DNA of 32,000 nucleotides from Mycolicibacterium smegmatis (GTDB lineage Bacteria; Actinomycetota; Actinomycetes; Mycobacteriales; Mycobacteriaceae): NCBI RefSeq assembly GCF_001457595.1, contig NZ_LN831039.1, positions 5,790,001 to 5,822,000 of the forward strand, read 5' to 3'. Shown piece by piece: positions 18,245 to 26,111 of this stretch (position 1 is its first letter; each line of letters starts with the position of its first letter). The notes under the pieces were generated by a model. It saw only the letters and a program-made list of their open reading frames with translations, ran no database searches and was not told where the DNA came from. The position numbers and the translations under genes were made by a program.

Positions 18245-19703
18245 GGCTCTTCGCAGTTAGCAGTGGCGTTGGTGCCGGCTGGGTGTGACTCGTCGTGATC
18301 GGCGAGTGCAGGCCCACCGTACTCGGCGGCGTTGGTTCTCAGGATTGCGGAAGCCGAAGGCGATGCGCCCGACGTGTTTGACGATGCGGTTGTAGCCTTC
18401 GGTGCGGGCGTTGGACAGGCCGGTCTGCAGGGCGGCGATGATGGGGGCCTGCCAGGTCTCGATGGTGCGGGCCAGTCGGATCACTTCGGGCACTGTGCAG
18501 GCCGCGCAGAAACGGTAGAACCGGTCCAGGGCGGTCGTGATCTCGTAGCGCAACCCGCCGCGGTCGGCGCAGGAAAGCAGGTCGCGCAGCAGTTCTTTGG
18601 CGATCCAGGCCGCGGCGATGTCCTGGTTGGGGTCGGCGGAGAGCAGCTTGGCGAACAACGTGGCGCGTTGGTCTGCGGTGAGCCGCTCGGAGCCGCGCAG
18701 CAGGCGGCGGCGGTTGATCCACTCGACATCGGCCTTGCGGCCGCGCCGGCCCCGTTGGGTCCAGGTGACCCGGCGGCGCACCGCATCAACCATGTCGTTG
18801 GCTTTCTTGACCAGGTGGAACCGGTCGGCGATCAGGATCGCGTGCGGCAGTGCTTCGCGAGCCACCCGGGCATAGGCCGGGGACAAATCGATGGCTACGT
18901 GGGTGATTGCGGCCCGCCAGTCAGGGTCCTGGCCAGCGAGCCAGTCGATCACTGCCGCCGAGGTGCGGCCATTGACCTGGCCAAGGAGGCCTTGATCGCC
19001 GGTGATGTCGACCAGTCCGGTGTCCCAGCGATCCACCCATACCCGCCGCCCGAGTACCGGGTTGTGTTCCCATTTGGCCTTACCGCGTCGGGTCTCGTCG
19101 ATGCCGAGCACCGCCACCGGCGCCAGCTCGCCGGCCAGGGCGTCCTCGGCGGTGGCGATGACTTCGTCGTGCACGGTGTGCCAGCCGCAGCGGTACTGCC
19201 CGGCCACCGCGGCCACCGAACGGTCCTCGTCGAGCACCGCAGTGGCCATCGTCGCCTTGGCCCGCGGTGTTACCCGCGCCCGCGCCGGGATTCCGGGCAC
19301 CGACTCGGTGAACACCTTGCGCGTACAGACCGTGCTGGGGCACAACCACTTTCGCTTACGCCAGCGCAGTATCGGGCGGTCCGAACCCACCACAACGTCG
19401 CGGGGTCCGGTCTGTACCCAGCCTTTCGACCTGGTGGAGCGTTCCCCGCATTCGGGGCAGATCCCGACCCACTGGGGGGCGGTGAGCACCTGCACCAACC
19501 GGGTGCCGTCCTCGAGGCGCTGCACCGATTCGACGACCACACCGTCGAGATCGAGCAGCAGTGAACTACCGTCAACCATGGTTCCGCGTTCCTTGTCCTG
19601 GATGCCTGAAGAACACCCAGCTCACAGGGGCGCGGACCCCTAATCAATCACCGACACGACACAACGTCGGACAACACCAGACCCCTATCAACTGCGAAGA
19701 GCC
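18245..19703 (-). mobile_element. ISL3-family insertion sequence, 1459 bp, single ORF, distinct from IS1096
   Basis: IRs GGCTCTTCGCAGTTAGCAG... (18245-) and GGCTCTTCGCAGTTGATAGG... (reverse complement of -19703). Flanked by the perfect 8-bp direct repeat AGAATGAT. The terminal 14 bp are identical to the IS1096 tnpA-end IR. Confidence 0.9.
18257..19579 (-). CDS. ISL3-family transposase
   Basis: 440 aa. zf-ISL3-like CPECG...CPSTVC. DDE core (VLGIDETRR...VAIDLSPAY...SNARTEGYNRIVKHVGRIAFGFRN). Clearly diverged from the IS1096 TnpA sequence. Confidence 0.92.
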   Translation of the reverse strand: MVDGSSLLLDLDGVVVESVQRLEDGTRLVQVLTAPQWVGICPECGERSTRSKGWVQTGPRDVVVGSDRPILRWRKRKWLCPSTVCTRKVFTESVPGIPARARVTPRAKATMATAVLDEDRSVAAVAGQYRCGWHTVHDEVIATAEDALAGELAPVAVLGIDETRRGKAKWEHNPVLGRRVWVDRWDTGLVDITGDQGLLGQVNGRTSAAVIDWLAGQDPDWRAAITHVAIDLSPAYARVAREALPHAILIADRFHLVKKANDMVDAVRRRVTWTQRGRRGRKADVEWINRRRLLRGSERLTADQRATLFAKLLSADPNQDIAAAWIAKELLRDLLSCADRGGLRYEITTALDRFYRFCAACTVPEVIRLARTIETWQAPIIAALQTGLSNARTEGYNRIVKHVGRIAFGFRNPENQRRRVRWACTRRSRRVTPSRHQRHC

Positions 19704-19735
19704 AGAATGATCTGTGCGGTTCGCACACCAAATCC
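19704..19735 (+). pseudogene. 32-bp island between two IS elements: TSD copy AGAATGAT plus 8 codons (LCGSHTKS) of the espD-like gene
   Basis: CTGTGCGGTTCGCACACCAAATCC continues the 18140 reading frame once the IS and one TSD copy are removed. Its last 8 bp, CCAAATCC, are the inverted partner of 14737-14744. Confidence 0.65.
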
Positions 19736-19799
19736 GGCTCTTCGCACTTGACGGTGTAGAGACGATCAGCTGCTTTCGCGCTGTGATCGAGGGGTCTGG

Positions 19800-20552
19800 T
19801 TGGCTTGGGGTGTGCCGGAGAAGAAGCGGAAGAGCAAGAGGAAGAGCGGAGTGTCCGGGGGCAGTGTGGACCTGGCGTTGCTGCAGAAGCTAATGGCCGA
19901 CGCTGGTCGGAACGTGTTCGCGGGAATGTTCGATGAGCCGACGCCCGAGGTGCGGGCGGTGCCGGATCGTGCGCGGGGCTTCCGGGTGCGCGTCGACCTG
20001 ATGTACGCCAAGCCGCCGATCTGGCGTCGGCTGGACCTGCCGGGCGACCTCATGCTCGATGAGCTCCATGTTGTGCTGCAGGTCGTTATGGGCTGGCAGG
20101 ACAGTCATCTGCATAAGTTCGGTGTCGGGGCGGACCGGCGGACCCGTGCCTACTTCGTCACCGGGTTTGATCTCAGCGAAGGCGACGACGGTGTCGTCGA
20201 GGACAGCGTGCGCCTCGATCAGGTGGTGTCCGATAAGGGCGAGCGGTTGTTCTACGATTACGACTTCGGCGACGGATGGGACCACGTGCTCGTGGTCGAA
20301 GACGTTTTCGATGATCCGCCCCCGGCTGCGGTGTGTCTGACGGGAAAGATGGCCTGTCCGCCGGAGGACTGTGGTGGCCTGGGCGGCTATGAGGAGTTGG
20401 CTGCGTGGGTTCGCGGCGGGTACGACCCGCGGGAAACGCCGATGGGACTCGGTGCGCAGGAGATGAGGGACTGGCTGCCCCGGGGCTGGCACCCCGACCG
20501 TTTCTCGGTGGCCGAGACCAATGACGCTCTGGCCGCGTTGAACACGCGTTGA
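19800..20552 (+). CDS. tnpR: IS1096 second ORF ('TnpR'), pRiA4b ORF-3-like domain protein, copy 2
   Basis: 250-aa translation identical to 16185..16937. Confidence 0.85.
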   Translation: MAWGVPEKKRKSKRKSGVSGGSVDLALLQKLMADAGRNVFAGMFDEPTPEVRAVPDRARGFRVRVDLMYAKPPIWRRLDLPGDLMLDELHVVLQVVMGWQDSHLHKFGVGADRRTRAYFVTGFDLSEGDDGVVEDSVRLDQVVSDKGERLFYDYDFGDGWDHVLVVEDVFDDPPPAAVCLTGKMACPPEDCGGLGGYEELAAWVRGGYDPRETPMGLGAQEMRDWLPRGWHPDRFSVAETNDALAALNTR

Positions 20553-20559
20553 GGATTCT

Positions 20560-21882
20560 TCACCGCCGAGGTTGACGGAGCTGGGTTCGGAAGCCTCCGG
20601 TCTCGAGCAGGGACCGGGCGATGTAGTTGGTGAGGTTGCGGAAGCCCAGGGCGGATCCGCGCAGGTGTTCGAGGCGGCCGTTGATCGCTTCGGTCGGCCC
20701 GTTGGAGGTGCCGGGGCGGTCGAAGTAGGCCAGGACGTCGGCGGCACGCTTCTTCAGTGTCCGCCCGAGGGTGATCAGCTCGGTCAGCGACGTGGGGACG
20801 CCTGTGCTCAGCGTGGTGATCAGTGCAGCCATCATGGTGCGGCCCTTGGTGCGGTCTGGTTCGCGGTAGGCGGCCACGGTGCGTTGATACATCGCCCAGG
20901 TGGCCTCGATCTCGGCGTGCGCGTTGGCGGCGAACAGTGCGGCCAGTCGGGCTTTCTGGCGGTCGGTGAGCAGGTCGGCCCCGGTGTGCAGGGTGCGTCG
21001 CGATCGGTAGAGCGGGTCGGTGCTGCGGCCGCGGTGCCCGCAGGTGGCCAGCTGCACGCGGCGTCGGCACTCGTCGAGGGCGTTGCCGGCCAGGCGGACC
21101 ACGTGGAAGGGGTCCATCACCGTGGCCGCGTCAGGCAGTTCTTCGGTGGCGGCGGTCTTGAACCCGGAGAACCCGTCCATGGCAACAACGTCCACACGAT
21201 CACGCCACTCCTGTGGCCGCTGTGCCAGCCAGTCGGCGAACGCCTTCTTGGAGCGGCCCTCCACCATGTCGAGCAGCCGTGCGGGGCCGGTCCCGTCACG
21301 CACGGGCGTGAGATCGATGATGACGGTGACGTACTTGTCGCCGCGGCGAGTGTGCCGCCACACGTGCTCATCGACGCCGATCACCGCGACGCCATCGAAC
21401 CGGGCCGGATCGGCGATGAGCACCCGCTGACCTTCGGCGAGCACGGCGTTGTTGGCAGTGTTCCACGACACCGCAAGCGCCTCGGCGACCCGGGCCACCG
21501 ACAGGTGTTGGCAGACAAGGGCTTCCAGCGCCCACCGCAGAGCACGCCGGGACAGCCTGGCCCGCGGTTCGGCTGCGGCGCTGGCATCCTGGCGCCACAC
21601 ATGAGCGCAGCCGGCGCAACGGTAACGGCGGATCGTGACCAGCAAAGCCGTGGGTCGCCACCCGAACGGTTCATGAGCCAACGTGCGAGTCACGCTGTCA
21701 CGTACAACGCCTTCTTCGCCGCAGCGGCGGCACCACCGATCCTCATCGGCGACCCGGCACGCCAGCACGGCCCGATCAGGGTCGAGGCGTTGGCCGGTCA
21801 CCTCCAACCCGAGCTCGTCGAGGCGGCAGAAAGTCGTCAGGTCAGCGCAGGCGAAGCCCGCCCGACCGGTAGCGTCAGGCAC
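20560..21882 (-). CDS. tnpA: ISL3-family transposase (IS1096 TnpA), copy 2
   Basis: 440-aa translation identical to 14855..16177. Confidence 0.93.
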   Translation of the reverse strand: MPDATGRAGFACADLTTFCRLDELGLEVTGQRLDPDRAVLACRVADEDRWCRRCGEEGVVRDSVTRTLAHEPFGWRPTALLVTIRRYRCAGCAHVWRQDASAAAEPRARLSRRALRWALEALVCQHLSVARVAEALAVSWNTANNAVLAEGQRVLIADPARFDGVAVIGVDEHVWRHTRRGDKYVTVIIDLTPVRDGTGPARLLDMVEGRSKKAFADWLAQRPQEWRDRVDVVAMDGFSGFKTAATEELPDAATVMDPFHVVRLAGNALDECRRRVQLATCGHRGRSTDPLYRSRRTLHTGADLLTDRQKARLAALFAANAHAEIEATWAMYQRTVAAYREPDRTKGRTMMAALITTLSTGVPTSLTELITLGRTLKKRAADVLAYFDRPGTSNGPTEAINGRLEHLRGSALGFRNLTNYIARSLLETGGFRTQLRQPRR

Positions 21883-21992
21883 GTCGAGGTCTTTCAGATG
21901 GATGGCGTAGGAACCTCCATCATCGGAAGACCTCGACCCCTATCCCGGCACCGACGCGCCGACGACCTCTACACCCTCAACTGCGAAGAGCC

Positions 21993-22000
21993 AGCAAACT
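21993..22000. repeat. IS1096 target-site duplication half AGCAAACT (inverted partner of 17002-17009)
   Basis: Abuts the tnpA-end IR of copy 2. It is the reverse complement of AGTTTGCT at the tnpR end of copy 1. Confidence 0.85.
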
Positions 22001-22110
22001 GCAGATATCCTACCGTCCCCGCAACACCGGGCCATGCACGATTGTTGGGCAAGTGATGTCCGATCTGCCGAGCCAGGGATGTCAGATATGCCAAACCGAT
22101 GTCCATCTGC

Positions 22111-22797
22111 TCACTGTCTGGTCGACAACTGTGCCTTCGCCGTTCGCGCCCAGTCGTCGGCAAGAATCTCATCGTCACCGCCGAGCAGCCCGTCGACGGC
22201 CATGGTGGCGATCACGGCCGGATCGCTCTTCTGGTCGGCGGGCACGTACGGGACCATGTCGGTGTCCATGTAGCCGACGTGCAGTGCCGCGACGTGGATT
22301 CCGCGGGGCGCGAGTTCGGTGCGCACCGCATCGGTGAGCGCCCACGCGGCGGCCTTGGCCGACGCGTACGCACCCGAGGTCGGCGGGTGCATCCAGGAAA
22401 GCACCGACAGCACGTTGAGGATCGCCCCGCCGCCGTTGCGTTCGATGTTGCGCTCGATGATCGGCACGAACGCGCGCGTGACGTTCAGTGTGCCGAAGTA
22501 GTGGGTCTCCATCTCGGCGCGGATGTCGGCGATGGGCCCGGACAGCAGATTCGCGCGCGTCGAGATCCCGGCGTTGTTGACCAGTACCGTGACGTCCTCG
22601 GCGATCTCGGCCGCGCGCCGGACCGACTCGGCGTCGGTGATGTCGAGCGGGATCGGCACGACGCCGGGCAGATCCACGGTCTCGGGGCGGCGGGCCGCGG
22701 CGTATACCTTGGCGCCGCGAGCGACGAGTTCGGCGGCGAGCCTGCGCCCGAGCCCGCGGTTGGCTCCGGTCACCAGCGCGACGATGTCGTGTGTCAT
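22111..22797 (-). CDS. SDR-family oxidoreductase
   Basis: ATG at 22797 (MTHDIVALVTGANRGLGRRLAAEL) gives the TGxxxGxG-type Rossmann motif. Also NNAG and the catalytic YxxxK (GAYASAKAA). The 345-aa track ORF is an over-extended N-terminus. Confidence 0.9.
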   Translation of the reverse strand: MTHDIVALVTGANRGLGRRLAAELVARGAKVYAAARRPETVDLPGVVPIPLDITDAESVRRAAEIAEDVTVLVNNAGISTRANLLSGPIADIRAEMETHYFGTLNVTRAFVPIIERNIERNGGGAILNVLSVLSWMHPPTSGAYASAKAAAWALTDAVRTELAPRGIHVAALHVGYMDTDMVPYVPADQKSDPAVIATMAVDGLLGGDDEILADDWARTAKAQLSTRQ

Positions 22798-22937
22798 GTC
22801 AGTTCTCCTGTCGTTCGGTGTCACACCACAACACCGACCGCAGGACCGATGAGCTCCCCCGCGTGCAAGAGATTGCCTTGCAGCTGCGAGGATTCGGATC
22901 GTGGCCGGACCACCGGCTGCCCGCACAGGATGGACCG

Positions 22938-24170
22938 ATGCAACACCACGCGCATGTCGCCCGCACCGCCGCGGCGCTGGCCGCCGCGATGGGGATCGGC
23001 CGCTTCGTCTACACGCCGATCCTGCCGCTGATGACCGCCCAGGCGGGGGTGTCGGCACACACCGCGGCCGACCTCGCGACCGCCAACTATGTCGGCTACC
23101 TCGTGGGCGCGGTGGCCGGGTCGATCTCGCCGCGGCTGGCCCGCTCACCGCTGGCGTGCCGGGTGTCGCTGCTGGTGCTCATCGCGAGCCTCGCGTTGAT
23201 GCCTGTGGCCACCACACCGATCGAATGGATGGCTCTGCGCGCCATCGCCGGTGCCGTGAGCGCGCTGGTGTTCGTGATCGCGGTCAACACCATGCTGGAA
23301 CACCTGCATTCGCATCCCGCGCACCTGGCGGGATGGGGGTTCGGCGGGGTCGGCGCCGGTATCGCCCTGTCGGCCGTGCTGATCCTGGCGGTGAGCGACT
23401 GGAAGGCGGCGTGGTGGGCCGCGGCGGGCGTGGCCGCGGTGCTCTGTGTGATCGCCTGGCCCATGCGGTCCGCACCGGCGAGCGCGCCGACGACGGTCGA
23501 CGACGACGCGCGGACACCGCACGGCCCCTTCTCGCTGCTGTTCGTCAGTTACACGCTGGAGGGCGTCGGCTACATCATCGCGGGCACGTTCCTGGTCGCG
23601 GCGGTCGCGCAGGGCGCCCCGCAGTGGCTGGGCGGCAGCACGTGGCTGGTGGTCGGAATGGCCAGCGTGCCGTCGGCCGCACTGTGGGCGGCGCTGAGCA
23701 CGCGGTGGTCGAATCCGGCACTGCTGACCGCGGCGCTCGTCGTGCAGGCCGTCGGCATCGCGGCGTCGGGTGCGGCAGGCGGTGTCACGGCTGCGCTGGT
23801 GGGTGCGGTGCTGTTCGGTGGCACGTTCGTGGGCATCAGCACGCTCGCACTGGCGGCCGGACGCATGCTGCGCTACCCGCGGGCCGTCGCGCTGCTCACC
23901 GCGGGCTACTCGGTGGGCCAGATCCTCGGGCCGCTGGTCGTGGCGCCCACACTGCATCACGGGTTCCGCCCGGCCCTGGTGATCGGGGCGGTCGTGGTGT
24001 CAGTGGCCGCGCTGGTGGCGGGGGTGGTGCGGGTCGTCGTCGGGAAGCCAGACCGCGGCACTGTCCAAACCGAAATCGCCGACGTCACGGGTGAACTCGT
24101 CGACGATGGCCAGAACCCCGGGGTTGGTGTCGCCACGCCGCCACACCAGCGACCACGTCCACAGCGGTGA
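22938..24170 (+). CDS. YbfB/YjiJ-type MFS membrane transporter
   Basis: ATG at 22938 (MQHHAHVARTAAALAAAMGIGRFVYTPILPLM), followed by about 12 hydrophobic helices. The last helix ends near 24045, and the tail overlaps the convergent LysR gene. Confidence 0.8.
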   Translation: MQHHAHVARTAAALAAAMGIGRFVYTPILPLMTAQAGVSAHTAADLATANYVGYLVGAVAGSISPRLARSPLACRVSLLVLIASLALMPVATTPIEWMALRAIAGAVSALVFVIAVNTMLEHLHSHPAHLAGWGFGGVGAGIALSAVLILAVSDWKAAWWAAAGVAAVLCVIAWPMRSAPASAPTTVDDDARTPHGPFSLLFVSYTLEGVGYIIAGTFLVAAVAQGAPQWLGGSTWLVVGMASVPSAALWAALSTRWSNPALLTAALVVQAVGIAASGAAGGVTAALVGAVLFGGTFVGISTLALAAGRMLRYPRAVALLTAGYSVGQILGPLVVAPTLHHGFRPALVIGAVVVSVAALVAGVVRVVVGKPDRGTVQTEIADVTGELVDDGQNPGVGVATPPHQRPRPQR

Positions 24171-24932
24171 CGGGTCGACGACGGCGCGCCGGGTCAGGCC
24201 GGTGGGCGGCGTGTCGTCCTGCCCCTTGGGGTTGTTGAGCACCGGCCGACGTAGTTGCCGCACGTGTTCGAAGAACGTCGGCCCGGTGACGCCGCCGTCG
24301 TCGGTGCGCATGACGCGCGCCCCGGTGGACGCGGCGAACTGTTCGGCGTAGCGGTTCCACGACGACCAACTCGTGGTGTCGTCGTCGATCAGCACGGTCG
24401 TGTCGGCGGCCCGGATCGGACCGGTGCCGCTCCCGGCGTCGAGCGCGTACAGGCGGTCCACGCCGATCAGCCGCGCCGACAGGTCCATCGCCTGCAGATC
24501 GGCGTTCTGCACCCAGCAGATCGCGAGGTCGAGGTTTCCGTCGGCCACCCGGGCGGCCTGCGCGTGCGACGGCATCACCCACGTGTCCACGCGCAACTCG
24601 GCAACCCCGGCGGCGCGCTCGGCCCAGTCCGTCGGACACCACTGCACACAACCGATGCGCACCGGGTCCGATACCGCCAAACCACTTGCCTGCCTGCGCA
24701 ACTCGTCGGCCTGCGCGATGAGGGCGCGGGCACCCGGCAGCAGTGCGCTACCGGCCGAGGTGAGGGTCACCGACCGTCGGTCACGGTCGAACAGGGTGAC
24801 CTTGAGATCGCGCTCCAGGGCCTTGATCTGCTGCGACAGCGACGGGCCCGCGATGCGCAGACGTTCGGCGGCCCGGCCGAAGTTGAGCTCATCGGCCACC
24901 GTCACGAAGTAGCGCAACTGGCGTAGCTCCAC
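24000..24932 (-). CDS. LysR-family transcriptional regulator
   Basis: 310 aa. N-terminal wHTH MELRQLRYFVTVADELNFGRAAERLRIAGPSLSQQIKALERDL. C-terminal substrate-binding domain. Divergent from the SDR gene at 25061. Confidence 0.92.
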   Translation of the reverse strand: MELRQLRYFVTVADELNFGRAAERLRIAGPSLSQQIKALERDLKVTLFDRDRRSVTLTSAGSALLPGARALIAQADELRRQASGLAVSDPVRIGCVQWCPTDWAERAAGVAELRVDTWVMPSHAQAARVADGNLDLAICWVQNADLQAMDLSARLIGVDRLYALDAGSGTGPIRAADTTVLIDDDTTSWSSWNRYAEQFAASTGARVMRTDDGGVTGPTFFEHVRQLRRPVLNNPKGQDDTPPTGLTRRAVVDPSPLWTWSLVWRRGDTNPGVLAIVDEFTRDVGDFGLDSAAVWLPDDDPHHPRHQRGH

Positions 24933-24939
24933 CGTTGCA

Positions 24940-24950
24940 GCCTAGTAGGC
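24940..24950. promoter_or_regulatory. Palindrome GCCTA-G-TAGGC in the LysR/SDR divergent intergenic region (candidate LysR operator)
   Basis: Perfect 5-1-5 inverted repeat, 8 nt upstream of the LysR GTG start. Embedded in TTGCAGCCTAGTAGGCAA, a T-N11-A-like arrangement. Confidence 0.3.
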
Positions 24951-25060
24951 AAAACCTCCCAGCAGAGAGGAAGCGCATCCCGTGAACCGGGGATCGGCGT
25001 CGGCCCTACCCATGTTGAGCAGGGCAACCGGGACACGCCCGGACCTACCAGGAGGACATC

Positions 25061-25759
25061 ATGAACACACCGGTCGTCATCATCACCGGCGCATCGCAGG
25101 GCATCGGAGCGGGTCTGGTCGCCGGATACCGCAAGCTCGGCTACGCCGTCGTCGCCAATTCGCGCAGCATCGGACCCAGTGACGATCCGATGGTGCTGAA
25201 CGTCGCGGGCGACGTCGGCGTACCGGGTGTCGGTCAGCGTCTCGTCGACGCCGCCCTGGAACGTTTCGGCCGCGTCGACACCGTCGTGAACAACGCGGGC
25301 ATCTTCATCGCCAAACCGTTCACCGAGTACACCGACGCCGACTACGACGCCATCACGGGCGTGAACCTGCGCGGCTTCTTCGAACTGACCCGCGCGGCGC
25401 TGGGGGCGCTGCCGGCCGGTGGCCACATCGTCAACATCTCCACGAGCCTGGTGGACGTGGCCAACTCGCGGGTGCCCTCGGCGCTGGCATCGCTGACCAA
25501 GGGCGGTCTGAACGCGGCCACACGCGCACTGGCGGTCGAGAACGCGAGCTGCCGGATCCGGGTCAACGCGGTGGCACTGGGCAGCATCAAGACGCCGATG
25601 CACGACCCGTCCTCGTACGACGCGCTGGCGTCGCTGAACCCGATGCACCAACTGGGCGACATCGACGACGCCGTGGACGCGGTGCTGTACCTGGAGCAGG
25701 CGAAGTTCGTGACCGGTGAGATCCTGCGCGTCGACGGTGGTCAAAGTGCCGGACTCTGA
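25061..25759 (+). CDS. SDR-family oxidoreductase
   Basis: 232 aa. VVIITGASQGIGAGL Rossmann motif, NNAG, C-terminal FVTGEILRVDGG. SD-like AGGAGG upstream. Confidence 0.9.
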   Translation: MNTPVVIITGASQGIGAGLVAGYRKLGYAVVANSRSIGPSDDPMVLNVAGDVGVPGVGQRLVDAALERFGRVDTVVNNAGIFIAKPFTEYTDADYDAITGVNLRGFFELTRAALGALPAGGHIVNISTSLVDVANSRVPSALASLTKGGLNAATRALAVENASCRIRVNAVALGSIKTPMHDPSSYDALASLNPMHQLGDIDDAVDAVLYLEQAKFVTGEILRVDGGQSAGL

Positions 25760-26111
25760 GGCCGTGCTGCGCGGCGTGCTCGACGAGTGGAAGGCCGGCA
25801 TCGACGCCCACGATCCGGCACGCGTGTCCGCGGTGTTCGCCGACGACGCGATCTTCCAGGGGCTGCGCCCCTACAGCGTTGGACCGCAGGGGGTTTCGGA
25901 CTACTACGCATCGCAGCCGCTCGGCATGACCGTCGAGTACCGCATCAGCGAGACGCGGCGGCCCGCACCGGACGTGGTACTCGGGTACGTGGCCGCCGAG
26001 TTCTCCTACCCCGACCGCGACACGGTGCACCTGAACATCGGTGTGCTGGTGGTCCTCTCGCAGGGGCAGTGGCGGATCGGTTTCTACGAGGCTAGCTCAG
26101 TGCCGGGATGA
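25716..26111 (+). CDS. SnoaL-like / NTF2-fold (DUF4440-like) protein
   Basis: About 125-131 aa. VLRGVLDEWKAGIDAHDPARVSAVFADDAIFQG is the typical N-terminal helix of the SnoaL/NTF2-like fold. Several GTG starts (25716, 25737, 25746) overlap the SDR 3' end. Confidence 0.7.
   Translation: MRSCASTVVKVPDSEAVLRGVLDEWKAGIDAHDPARVSAVFADDAIFQGLRPYSVGPQGVSDYYASQPLGMTVEYRISETRRPAPDVVLGYVAAEFSYPDRDTVHLNIGVLVVLSQGQWRIGFYEASSVPG

Larger units (their letters stand above)
19736..21992 (-). mobile_element. IS1096 (ISL3 family), copy 2, 2257 bp, inverted relative to copy 1
   Basis: Same IRs as copy 1. All six-frame ORF translations inside the element match copy 1, and the ends I compared by hand are nucleotide-identical. 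Confidence 0.9.

Noticed and set aside
14745-21992. Interpretation of the two IS1096 copies plus the intervening DNA as a composite transposon that delivered the esp-like genes.
   Set aside because: The outer flanks (GGATTTGG on the left, AGCAAACT on the right) are not direct repeats. Instead each outer flank matches, inverted, an inner flank of the other copy. In addition, an espD-like reading frame continues from inside the structure to outside it. Two independent insertions followed by an inversion explain this better.
22798-23148. N-terminal extensions of the SDR ORF (22111..23148) and of the MFS ORF (22791..22937).
   Set aside because: The extensions overlap each other on opposite strands and are low-complexity. 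The canonical Rossmann motif follows the ATG at 22797 directly, and the MFS hydrophobic core follows the ATG at 22938.
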